A DNA stretch of 64,000 bases. Origin: a virus (lineage: Duplodnaviria > Caudoviricetes). The notes beneath the pieces were generated by a model. The model saw only the letters and a program-made list of their open reading frames with translations, searched no databases and was not told the origin of the DNA. The DNA is taken from IMG/VR virus record IMGVR_UViG_3300014656_000027, positions 1,704 to 65,703 of that record. One strand, 5' to 3'. The translations under genes and the position numbers were made by a program. Below, in pieces: positions 19,353 through 28,234 of this stretch; position 1 is the stretch's first letter, and each line of letters begins with the position of its first letter.

Positions 19353-20240
19353 AGCGGAAAATCTGTATGGATAAGATGGTGGGTAGTAACCATGATACAG
19401 CACAATGCAGATTTAGGACTCAAATGGGCGTTGTTCACTCCAGAGAATAGACCAGTAGCCAGAGAATACGCTAAGATAGCAGAGGCGTTAACAGGTATGG
19501 CTATGGAGAAGGGGAGGCACAACAGCATGAATGATGAGATGTACCGAAAGGCAATGAATTTTGTGGAGAAGCATTTTTTTGTCATATCACCGGATAAGCT
19601 GAACTATGAGACTTTTGGAGGGAGAATAAACGTTGACAGGGTAAACACCTTACAGTCCATACAGGAGTATGTAAGCTATCTTAAAAAGACAGAGAATATC
19701 TACGGCTACATTATCGACGCTTGGAATAAGATAGAGCATGAGCAGCCTAAGATGCAGAGTGAAACTTCATTTATAAGTGAACAATTAGATAAGATGATAA
19801 ACTTCAATGATTATTGGGATTTACATGGTATCATAATAGTGCATCCTAGAAAGATAGAGATGGTGGGGGAGAACTACAAAATGCCATCACTATATGATAT
19901 CAAAGGGTCGTCAGCATGGAAGGAGAAAGCAGATATAGGAATACTAATACATCGCTATAAAATGCGTAAACTAACAGCCCATGCAGCCGCAGAGAAGGGA
20001 TTAGACTTTAATAGGCTTGATGAGGATGAGAAGTATGAAGTGGTTGAAAAAGCACCCACAATAATAAGAACAGAGAAAATAAGATTTGAGGAGTTAGGGC
20101 ATGAGAATAGAGTTAAGATGGAGATGAATGTATGGGGGAAATTCAGCGTTTCATCTAATGGGAAAAGTAAGTCGGCAGCCCCAATAAACCCTCCGAATAT
20201 TCCTGATATGGATAATGATGAAGACCTAATCCCGTTTTAA
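19215..20240 (+). CDS. Split-intein C half fused to the C-terminal SF4 (DnaB-like) helicase domain
   Basis: VHN|SGKS completes Walker A; IIDAWN (Walker B), IIIVHPRK, YDIKGSSAWKEKAD, KIRFEELG. Confidence 0.9.
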   Translation: MEASIIELEDIFSIEEIPMEDVYDLTVEDNSNYYLATAKYPILVHNSGKSVWIRWWVVTMIQHNADLGLKWALFTPENRPVAREYAKIAEALTGMAMEKGRHNSMNDEMYRKAMNFVEKHFFVISPDKLNYETFGGRINVDRVNTLQSIQEYVSYLKKTENIYGYIIDAWNKIEHEQPKMQSETSFISEQLDKMINFNDYWDLHGIIIVHPRKIEMVGENYKMPSLYDIKGSSAWKEKADIGILIHRYKMRKLTAHAAAEKGLDFNRLDEDEKYEVVEKAPTIIRTEKIRFEELGHENRVKMEMNVWGKFSVSSNGKSKSAAPINPPNIPDMDNDEDLIPF

Positions 20241-20332
20241 AACGGAATATATTTTAAATAATTTATTGCCATTTTATTTTTAACTTATGACACAGGGAAA
20301 ATTTAAACGAAACGATAAAAAATAAAAAAGAG

Positions 20333-20563
20333 ATGTCAAAAGAATCTAAAAAAACAGAAAAATGCGAATGCCCACATTGTGGGTCAAAAGACTTCTATGT
20401 TCACGAATTTGAATATTGGAAAGCAAGTGTTGATGAAGATGAACCAAACACGATAAACTGCTGGCATAAAAGTAGTGGAATTGATTTAGTTGAATGTGCT
20501 AAATGCGAAGCCGATATTACAGAGTTAAGCCTTAATCCTAATTTTAACTTTAACTTCCAATGA
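20333..20563 (+). CDS. Small zinc-ribbon protein
   Basis: CPHCGS...CAKC. Confidence 0.55.
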   Translation: MSKESKKTEKCECPHCGSKDFYVHEFEYWKASVDEDEPNTINCWHKSSGIDLVECAKCEADITELSLNPNFNFNFQ

Positions 20564-21240
20564 TAGTCTTACATAAAAAAGATGCTTTTGCATTTTTAGA
20601 AACATTGCCAAATGAAAGCGTTGATCTTGTTTTTACAGACCCACCATATTGGACTTTAAACAAATGGCGAAATGTAGGAACAACTACAAGGCTTGGTGGT
20701 AATGCTGATAAAGACAAACAAACAGGCTGGTTTGAAACTATTGATAGTGAAGAATTATGGCAATTGATTTGTGAAATACACAGAGTTCTAAAAAAAGACC
20801 GACACGCTTTTATTATGTGCGATGGGCAAACATTAAAATGGATATTGGGATATGTAGAAGAAGCTGGGTTTGATTATTACAAGCCTTTAATTTGGGATAA
20901 AGTAAGTTTAGGAATGGGTTATCATTTTAGAAGCAGACACGAATTTATTGTGATGCTTGATAAAGGCAAAAACCGAAAGCCGAAAGATTTATCATTACCT
21001 GATATTTTTACTGTACCAATGGCAAAAGGTGGTTATCCTACTCAAAAGCCTTTAGGATTAATAAATCCATTTATTGAGCAATTTACGGAAGAAAACGAAC
21101 TTGTGGTTGATCCTTTTTTTGGAAGTGGAACAGTGCCTTTAAGTTGTCAAGATTTTAAAAGAAACTTTCAAGGTTCAGATATAAGTGATAAAGCACATAA
21201 ATATACAAATGAAAGACTTGGGGTATTATCATTATTTTAA
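20560..21240 (+). CDS. DNA N6-adenine/N4-cytosine methyltransferase (beta class)
   Basis: VFTDPPY catalytic motif, YPTQKP and VVDPFFGSGT SAM-binding motif. Confidence 0.9.
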   Translation: MIVLHKKDAFAFLETLPNESVDLVFTDPPYWTLNKWRNVGTTTRLGGNADKDKQTGWFETIDSEELWQLICEIHRVLKKDRHAFIMCDGQTLKWILGYVEEAGFDYYKPLIWDKVSLGMGYHFRSRHEFIVMLDKGKNRKPKDLSLPDIFTVPMAKGGYPTQKPLGLINPFIEQFTEENELVVDPFFGSGTVPLSCQDFKRNFQGSDISDKAHKYTNERLGVLSLF

Positions 21241-21422
21241 AAGTACGAGAAAGTTATATTGCCATTTTAAAAATAAACATATTATGGAAGAATTAATTTT
21301 AAACAAATACTCAAGAACACTTAGCTTACGAGCAAGATCAAATACCTTTCTGATAACGGGGGGGCTATGTGCCATGGCGTATTAGCCCGTGTTATAATTA
21401 GTTAAATTTAAAAATAGAAATT

Positions 21423-21548
21423 ATGAAAATTAGAAAAATTGAGCCACCAAGTGTTAAGATAGAATCAAATTTTTTATGGTATAAAAGGATTTGGATACTT
21501 ATAAGAAACCCTTTCACCTACATATTTAAAGGTTATGTTGAATGGTAA
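21423..21548 (+). CDS. 41-aa cassette-borne hypothetical protein (MKIRKIEPP...GYVEW), not in ORF track
   Basis: Fills the unit 21391-21559; stop abuts the AAC core. Confidence 0.5.
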   Translation: MKIRKIEPPSVKIESNFLWYKRIWILIRNPFTYIFKGYVEW

Positions 21549-21658
21549 TTAATTATAACGGTACGGCAATATGATTAGTTGCCATACTACAAATTTTAAA
21601 AATTAGTAATAACTTGACAGGCAATTAATTATATTGCTTGTTATAAACTGATAAAATT

Positions 21659-21844
21659 ATGACAAAATTAGAGATGAAACTTGGTAGAAGAAAAATAATG
21701 CTCGAAGAACGCAAAGAGCAAATTTTGAATGATATAAAAGGCAGACCAACATTGACCAGCGATATGATTATTCACGAAGCAAAATTATTAGATAAAATTG
21801 ATATTCAAATTTGCGAACTTGAAAGAATGCTTGCCCGTGAATAA
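21659..21844 (+). CDS. Cassette-borne hypothetical protein (61 aa)
   Basis: Fills the unit 21640-21861. Confidence 0.6.
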   Translation: MTKLEMKLGRRKIMLEERKEQILNDIKGRPTLTSDMIIHEAKLLDKIDIQICELERMLARE

Positions 21845-21927
21845 TTTTATTTGTTTATAACGTTCAGGCTATGTGCAGTGCAATTAACGACAAAACTTAA
21901 AAGAAACGATAAAAAATAAAAAAAGGG

Positions 21928-22179
21928 ATGGAAAAACAAATAAAAATAGCAGCAAAACTCTATGAATGTAGAGATACTGCAAAACGATTCTTCAGAGAAG
22001 ACTATTCAGAGAAATTACGAACATATAAAAATGTGATTGAAGGACACCAAAAGAAATTTAATTTAGATGTGCTTCCAAGCGTGTATGAGATTTGCAGCTT
22101 GGAAAGCGTGAGAGATGACGGAATGATGACAATGTTATTTATGGCAGCCGCGGTAGAGTTAATTGAACCAAGTGCGTAG
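21928..22179 (+). CDS. Hypothetical protein (83 aa) nested inside a hairpin loop
   Basis: Lies wholly between the arms at 21867-21881 and 22235-22249. Confidence 0.6.
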   Translation: MEKQIKIAAKLYECRDTAKRFFREDYSEKLRTYKNVIEGHQKKFNLDVLPSVYEICSLESVRDDGMMTMLFMAAAVELIEPSA

Positions 22180-22392
22180 GCTTTTTATTTTTTGCTTATG
22201 ATACCGATAAAAGATTTTATAAAGAGACAAAAACGCATTGCATATAGCCCTTGTTGTGTGCCGTTGTTCTTTGTTAGGGGCGTTGCAGATGCTTATAAAC
22301 TTACAAATTTTAATGCGAATGCATTTTCAATGGTCACACAACTTAGAAATATATACCATACACTAATTTAATGTATAATAAAAACAAGAACA

Positions 22393-22647
22393 ATGAAATT
22401 ACAAGGAACAGTGGTTTTGCTAACTCCAGAAGAGAATTTAGAGAAAACAGATAAGGGGATTATAATTCCTAAAACAATCAAAGACAAGCCTAATTTTGGC
22501 ATTGTCGTTGATGTTGCAGATGGATGCACACAACTAAAGGCAGGGGATAAGGTAAGGTACAATCGTAAGTCGGCGAATATAGCACACGTAAACGGCGTTG
22601 AGTATCATTTTATAAACGAAGGACAAGCATTTTATATTGAGAAATGA
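22393..22647 (+). CDS. groES: GroES/Cpn10-like co-chaperonin
   Basis: KTDKGIIIP mobile loop, GIVVDVADG, LKAGDKVRY. Confidence 0.8.
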   Translation: MKLQGTVVLLTPEENLEKTDKGIIIPKTIKDKPNFGIVVDVADGCTQLKAGDKVRYNRKSANIAHVNGVEYHFINEGQAFYIEK

Positions 22648-23042
22648 GAGACATTAAAAAAGAAGTAGCAAAAGAGCTGGAGCATTTCAAGTTATGGTAT
22701 TGTGATCCATTGAACGAGAGGGTGGACAATGGCAGATCCGTCATGGATGGGTGGGACGAACAAAACATCCCTGGTGATAAGCAAAAAGCTATGGACTTAT
22801 TCCGAAAACTGGATGCTCAGAATGTAGACTTTCACAGATTGTTTCATTCTATCAACCGTATGCTGGATGTTTATAATCAACAACAATTACTACTCCTAGA
22901 GGTTTATAATGAGTGGTATAATCTAGTTTCCATAGAAGGGAAGCAGCCCACGGCATTAATGAGTTCACAGGTGAATGTGTTACAAGCCATCTTTGATAAG
23001 ATACAAGGGAATATTGATTTAAAAAAGAGCAAGAAGAAATGA
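22644..23042 (+). CDS. Hypothetical protein
   Basis: 132 aa ORF coupled to both neighbours. Confidence 0.55.
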   Translation: MRDIKKEVAKELEHFKLWYCDPLNERVDNGRSVMDGWDEQNIPGDKQKAMDLFRKLDAQNVDFHRLFHSINRMLDVYNQQQLLLLEVYNEWYNLVSIEGKQPTALMSSQVNVLQAIFDKIQGNIDLKKSKKK

Positions 23043-24142
23043 GAAAAGATTTAAAAGTACATTTGATAGAGCCTCACAGCGAAGAGTGGTATAAGTTTCG
23101 CATGAATGGTATAGGGGGGTCTGAGATAGGAACCGTATTAGGAATTAACAAGTACGACACCGCAGTTCGTTTATACCATGAGAAGATAGGAAACATAGAA
23201 CAACGCAGAATAGATAGCGAGAGAATGTTCTGGGGAAGGATGAATGAAGACAACATAGCTCGCGTCTGGGGTTTTTACGATGGGACTAAAGACGGCTACG
23301 TCGAGAACTACAACAACAATAAAATAGTTCGCAAATGCCGATCCGTAAATGGCTATGTAGTAAATCCTGATTATCCTTGGTTGTTTGCATCAGTGGATAG
23401 GTTAATAAACATTGAAGGAGGCTTCAACCTAATCACAGGAGAGCCATTAGAGAAAGAGGGTATATTAGAATGTAAGAATATGAGTTATTGGGTATCTCAG
23501 ATGTGGGAAGATGGAATACCTATATATCACCTTGCACAAATATCTCAATACTTTATTGTTTTAGATTCTGATTACGCGGAGATAGCTATGCTAGTTGATG
23601 GAGGGCAATTACAGGTGGAGAAGATTATGCGTGATGACGCGTTGACAGAACGCATCATAAGTATATCTAAGAACTTTTGGTATAATCGCATAGTACCAGG
23701 TAGGGAAGCTGTAATAAAGCGAAACGAAGCTGATATGCAGGGTAATCTTGGAGAAAGTGAGAAATGGGAAGCGGAGATACAGAGATATGAGCCCGAACCA
23801 GACGAATCGGAAGCCTACAAAGACTTTATGGAAGAGAAGTTCTTAAAGGTAAGAGAATCTATTGACGGCACAATGGAGCTATACAAGGTAGCTAAGTATG
23901 ATAATTTCCTTAAGTCTCTTAAGAATAAGATAGTCAAGGAGCGCAACAGATGTAAGAATTTATTTATACAATTTTTAGGACTACACGGAGCAGAGAGTGT
24001 TGACTTCGGAAAGTTAGGAGTGGTTAACTGGTCACCACGAAAAGGGTCTAAGAGTAGAACCTTCAACAACCGCACAAAGGAAAAGCCTAGTGAGGATGTT
24101 ATAGAAAGAGAATTTGAAAAGTTAGAAACTGATTTATTCTAA
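23039..24142 (+). CDS. YqaJ-like (lambda Exo family) recombination exonuclease
   Basis: EEWYKFRMNGIGGSEIG, FASVDRL, ILECKN, AQISQY. Confidence 0.85.
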   Translation: MRKDLKVHLIEPHSEEWYKFRMNGIGGSEIGTVLGINKYDTAVRLYHEKIGNIEQRRIDSERMFWGRMNEDNIARVWGFYDGTKDGYVENYNNNKIVRKCRSVNGYVVNPDYPWLFASVDRLINIEGGFNLITGEPLEKEGILECKNMSYWVSQMWEDGIPIYHLAQISQYFIVLDSDYAEIAMLVDGGQLQVEKIMRDDALTERIISISKNFWYNRIVPGREAVIKRNEADMQGNLGESEKWEAEIQRYEPEPDESEAYKDFMEEKFLKVRESIDGTMELYKVAKYDNFLKSLKNKIVKERNRCKNLFIQFLGLHGAESVDFGKLGVVNWSPRKGSKSRTFNNRTKEKPSEDVIEREFEKLETDLF

Positions 24143-24153
24143 AAAACAAAGCT

Positions 24154-24426
24154 ATGATACGATACAAGAATTACATTATTGAGCCTAATGGGCATGGTAG
24201 GTATGACGTTTATAAAGAAGTCACCGCCAAAAAAAAAGGAACAAAAGAAGAATATTTATCTAAGAGTTTTATAGCATACGCTCTTTCGATGGATAGGGTG
24301 ATGCATTACCTCATAACAGATGCAGTGGACACGAAGTGTAACGCAGGAGAGATAACAACTCTACAGGGCTATATAGATGCTTTGGGAGAGATTGCAGAGG
24401 ATGTTATCGCAGCAGTAAAGAAGTAA
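24154..24426 (+). CDS. Hypothetical protein
   Basis: 90 aa ORF in operon. Confidence 0.55.
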   Translation: MIRYKNYIIEPNGHGRYDVYKEVTAKKKGTKEEYLSKSFIAYALSMDRVMHYLITDAVDTKCNAGEITTLQGYIDALGEIAEDVIAAVKK

Positions 24427-24429
24427 GCT

Positions 24430-24777
24430 ATGGAGAAAAGAGAGATTAAATTTAGAGCTTGGAATAAAAAAATTAAGATTATGCAAGAAGTAGCTAATAT
24501 ATTTTTTGGGCTGGGATGTATAGAAGTTTATGAGCCAGACGACGAGTTAGACGATACCGAGTTTGTTTTAATAGAATACACAGGATTAAAAGACAAAAAC
24601 GAAGTTGAAATTTACGAAGGCGACAAACTGCAAAACCCACAAGGAGAAATAGGCGTAGTTATTTTCCACGAAGGGAAGTTCTGTTTGGAAGCTAAAAGGA
24701 AAAATGGGAGTGAGTGGATAATGCCGCTTAGTTGTGGTTTTGTTAAGAACAAAAAGGTTGTGGGCAACATATACTAA
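24430..24777 (+). CDS. YopX-family protein
   Basis: EIKFRAW, YTGLKDKNEVEIYEGD, VVGNIY. Confidence 0.85.
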   Translation: MEKREIKFRAWNKKIKIMQEVANIFFGLGCIEVYEPDDELDDTEFVLIEYTGLKDKNEVEIYEGDKLQNPQGEIGVVIFHEGKFCLEAKRKNGSEWIMPLSCGFVKNKKVVGNIY

Positions 24778-24788
24778 ACAGATTAGCT

Positions 24789-25094
24789 ATGGCAAGATTA
24801 CACACAGTAGTAGAAATACAAAAACCCGTTTACAATGAGGACGGTGAGTTGTTGGATATTGAAAATAAACCAATGGACGCAAAGAAGATAAACCAGAAAC
24901 AGCAGTTTATAGCTGAGATGTATTACTTACTTCATTGGGGATTAGAAACTAACTTTGTGTATGATCAGAGTCATAATCCAATTCCGTACTCCTCAACAGT
25001 AGGGATATGCCAACACATAAAAACAGGAGTGATAGAAACATTCATTCCTGGAGTGATAAAAGTAATAGGTAATGAATTAAACACGAAAGAATAA
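24789..25094 (+). CDS. Hypothetical protein
   Basis: 101 aa ORF in operon. Confidence 0.55.
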   Translation: MARLHTVVEIQKPVYNEDGELLDIENKPMDAKKINQKQQFIAEMYYLLHWGLETNFVYDQSHNPIPYSSTVGICQHIKTGVIETFIPGVIKVIGNELNTKE

Positions 25095-25095
25095 T

Positions 25096-25539
25096 ATGAG
25101 CTTCTTCGATATAGACTTTAAGATACAAGGTAATCCAATTGCGCTTAAGAGGCATAGGTCATTCCAGAAAGGAGAATTTAGAGGTACTTATGATCCATCC
25201 TCTGATGATAAAGCTAATTTTCTCACTAAAGCTATATCATATAAGCCAGAGATACCTTTTGATGAGCCACTGTACGTGAAGTTTACTTTTTGTTTTTCAC
25301 GACCTAAGAACCACTATAAGACAGGAAAGAATGCTCACATACTAAAAGATAATGCTCCCAAATGGAGAACGTCAACACCGGACGTTGATAATTTAGAGAA
25401 GTTTGTAGGAGATGCTTTAAATGGTATTTTTTGGAAAGACGATTCTAAGATTGTAGATATGTCAGGGTCTAAGCCATACGGTGAGCAACCATACATACAA
25501 GTGCAAGTAGCACGGCTAAACAAATTTAATAAATCTTAA
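25096..25539 (+). CDS. rusA: RusA-family Holliday junction resolvase
   Basis: RP..HY..G, PDVDNLEKFVGDALNGIFWKDDSKIV. Confidence 0.9.
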   Translation: MSFFDIDFKIQGNPIALKRHRSFQKGEFRGTYDPSSDDKANFLTKAISYKPEIPFDEPLYVKFTFCFSRPKNHYKTGKNAHILKDNAPKWRTSTPDVDNLEKFVGDALNGIFWKDDSKIVDMSGSKPYGEQPYIQVQVARLNKFNKS

Positions 25540-25550
25540 TAAATAACAAC

Positions 25551-25856
25551 ATGGGTAAAACACAGAAGAATGAATTTAACATTTCAGGAAAAGTATTAGC
25601 GGTACATCCTCCAGAAGTGATTAACGAGAGACTAAGAAAGAGTGAGTTAATCTTAGAGATTTGGTTTGGTAACAAGAGAGATGGTGATCCCGTCCTTTTT
25701 GAATTTAAGAATGAACTTACCATGCAAACAGCAAACGTCCAAGAAGGAGACTGGGTAAATATTGATTTCTCTTTAAGAGGAAGAGCGTGGACTCCCGACG
25801 GAGGGAAAACTCGATGGTTTAATAGCCTTGAGGGATTAAGTTGTACAGTAGAATGA
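25551..25856 (+). CDS. Single-stranded DNA-binding protein (DUF3127, Bacteroidota type)
   Basis: GKVLAV...FEF...GDWVNIDFSLRGRAW...RWFNSLEG. Confidence 0.8.
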   Translation: MGKTQKNEFNISGKVLAVHPPEVINERLRKSELILEIWFGNKRDGDPVLFEFKNELTMQTANVQEGDWVNIDFSLRGRAWTPDGGKTRWFNSLEGLSCTVE

Positions 25857-26431
25857 GCACAGGAACTAAAATACCACTTTATAAAGCCTTAGAAGTAGCT
25901 AATAGGTTTCTCACCCTTATAGAGCCTCATGTAGAAAAAGCTGAAATAGCAGGAAGCATAAGGAGAGGATGTAAGGAGGTTGGTGATATTGAGGTGGTAT
26001 GCACAGAGAAAGATATGAATCCTCTTTCTAATTTGTTCCATAAAGATTATCCAGGTCTTGTAGTTAATGGGAATAGGTTAAAAAGACTAAAGTACCCAAA
26101 AAGCAGAATCCAGATAGAGCTGTATATTGCACAGGAATATGACTACGGAAGGATACTAGCAATCCGTACAGGATCATCAGCCTACAGCCATATAAAGCTT
26201 GCTGTAACATGGAACAGAATTGGCTGGGCCGGGACGGAGAATGGATTAAGAAGAAAGGCAGAGTGTACTAAGAAGGGTTCAAAATGGACAGTTAAGCCAG
26301 AGTTTAAAGGAAGAGAGACGAAGCCTCCTTTATTCAACACAGAATATGATTTCTTTGATTTTTTGGGTATTCCATGGATTCCTCCAGAAGAAAGAAATTG
26401 GACAAGTAATCACAGTCAATTAAATTATTAA
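25853..26431 (+). CDS. Minimal PolX-family nucleotidyltransferase
   Basis: IAGSIRRGCKEVGDIEVV, IRTGSSAYS, TEYDFFDFLGIPWIPPEER; ATG at 25853 overlaps the SSB stop. Confidence 0.8.
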   Translation: MSTGTKIPLYKALEVANRFLTLIEPHVEKAEIAGSIRRGCKEVGDIEVVCTEKDMNPLSNLFHKDYPGLVVNGNRLKRLKYPKSRIQIELYIAQEYDYGRILAIRTGSSAYSHIKLAVTWNRIGWAGTENGLRRKAECTKKGSKWTVKPEFKGRETKPPLFNTEYDFFDFLGIPWIPPEERNWTSNHSQLNY

Positions 26432-26443
26432 AAAATTAAATTT

Positions 26444-27337
26444 ATGGACAAAGTAATATTAAATATTAAAGCCTCTGATTTCGGATTAGAAGAAAGCAAA
26501 GCAAAACAAATCTCCGATATGTTCAAACCGATGCTGGATAAAATGGAAGCTTTAGAGGTTGAATACAATAGAATTGTAAATCTACCTATCAATAAAGAAA
26601 CAACTATCCAAGCAGGGGAGTTGAGGAAGCAGTACGTAAAAGTAAGAACAGGCACAGCAGCTATCCATAAGGATTTAAAGGCTTTTTATTTGAATGGTGG
26701 ACGATTTGTTGATGGATGGAAGAACACACAGTTGATGGCTTCTCAAGGTATCGAAGAGAAGTTATCATCTATTGAGAACTACTTTGTTAATCTCGAAAAG
26801 GAAAGAATAGATAAACTGCAAGCGAGCAGACATGCTGAACTTTCTAAATTTCACGATGAAGGGGTTATGTTACCAGGTAATCTTGGTTCTATGGCTGATG
26901 ATGTTTGGAGTAATTATTTGACAGGCGCAAAAACAAACTTCACGGCACGAAAAGCAGCAGAAGCGAAAGCAGTAGAAGACAAGGCAGCAGCCGAACTCGC
27001 ATACCTACAACGTCAAGCACAGATGATTCAAGAAAACAAAGTGCTAAAAGAAGCTCAGGAAGCAAACGAGAAAGCGTTAGCTATTGAGAGGGAAAAAGCC
27101 GCTAAACTTCAAGATGAATTAACAGCAAAAGCAAAAGCCGAAAAACTGATGGCTGAAAACGCTGAAAAAGAAAAAGAAGCAGAATTAAGTAAAGGCGACG
27201 CAGATAAAATTCAGGACTTAATAAAAGACCTTGAAAACCTAAAAACAAAATACTCTTTTAAATCATCCAAAAACATCAAGAAGATGGGTGACGTTGTCTT
27301 GTTAATAAACAAAGTAATTATCTATATAAAACAATAA
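26444..27337 (+). CDS. Coiled-coil hypothetical protein
   Basis: 297 aa, Ala/Glu/Lys-rich helical. Confidence 0.55.
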   Translation: MDKVILNIKASDFGLEESKAKQISDMFKPMLDKMEALEVEYNRIVNLPINKETTIQAGELRKQYVKVRTGTAAIHKDLKAFYLNGGRFVDGWKNTQLMASQGIEEKLSSIENYFVNLEKERIDKLQASRHAELSKFHDEGVMLPGNLGSMADDVWSNYLTGAKTNFTARKAAEAKAVEDKAAAELAYLQRQAQMIQENKVLKEAQEANEKALAIEREKAAKLQDELTAKAKAEKLMAENAEKEKEAELSKGDADKIQDLIKDLENLKTKYSFKSSKNIKKMGDVVLLINKVIIYIKQ

Positions 27338-27370
27338 GAAGCATTTTTATTAACTTTAAATTTTATTATC

Positions 27371-27580
27371 ATGAGTAAATCAAAATTATTTCAGTCGGCA
27401 ATTCTTTGGCATCCAACAGAAGAGCAAGTAAAAGAGGGTAAAAAATCTATTTTAATCAGCCCTTTAAAAACAGTTTTAGTAGCAGATCAACATGCTGCAC
27501 TTATTATGGCTAGTCGTGAAATACCAGAAGAGTATATCCACCAGCTTGATCAAGTAGAAATCGCAGTACGCCCTTTTTAG
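27371..27580 (+). CDS. Hypothetical protein ending VRPF; candidate -1 frameshift extension to 27741
   Basis: C CCT TTT TAG at 27571-27580; the -1 frame is open for 56 codons. Confidence 0.65.
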   Translation: MSKSKLFQSAILWHPTEEQVKEGKKSILISPLKTVLVADQHAALIMASREIPEEYIHQLDQVEIAVRPF

Positions 27581-27878
27581 CGGCCGGCAATGACAATGAT
27601 ATCTGTTTTAAAGATAGTCTTAGTCATTTAGGAGAACGGCACTATATAGGCAGAAACGTTGGAATTGGTAATGACAACCCAAGTCTTGATTTGAGTTCTA
27701 CTACTGGAAGTACATACATGACAGCATCATCAATAAAATAATACCTATCGCGATTAAATATTTTGTATATTAGCATCGCAATTCAGTTATGAAAAAAAAT
27801 AAGACCCATATTAGTTACATTGCCTTATCGGAATATTTCCGAGCTGGATTGCCTTTGTAACGATATGGGCTTTTTATT

Positions 27879-28234
27879 ATGAAAAAAATTACAGTTAATC
27901 ATCCTGAATTTTATAATCTTAACTTTAAATTCATAGAAGAAGAGTGGAAAGACATTCATGGATTAGAAAATGAATACCAAGTGAGTAATTATGGGAGGGT
28001 TCTTTCTAAAGAGCGATTTGTAAAAGCAAAGGGACTACAATACGTTCCTGGTAATTTAAGGAAAATTCAAAAAACCAGAGGTTGGTTACACGTATCCTTA
28101 AATGTTAATGGGGAAAAATTCATTTAGGTTATCATAAAACCGAAAAAAAAGCATTAGAATCATATAATAATTTTATACAAACAAAAGAAGAGTATTATGG
28201 AAAAAGAGAACAAATCAGCGTCGTCACTTGTTAA
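27879..28234 (+). pseudogene. Degenerate NUMOD4-(no HNH)-AP2 homing endonuclease remnant
   Basis: EEWKDIHGLENEYQVSNYGRV (NUMOD4), stop at 28127; the -1 frame continues IHLGYHKTEKKALESYN (AP2-like). Confidence 0.6.

Larger units (their letters stand above)
21351..22362 (+). repeat. Cassette-like array 1: attC-like hairpins (AAC..GTT 21355-21393, 21557-21642, 21859-22255) alternating with units that have their own terminal inverted repeats (GTT..AAC 21391-21559, 21640-21861, 22253-22342)
   Basis: Arms pair by eye: gcaatatgattagttgcc/ggcaattaattatattgc; ggctatgtgcagtgc/gcattgcatatagcc; unit ends gttataaactgataaaatta/taattttatttgtttataac. Confidence 0.85.
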
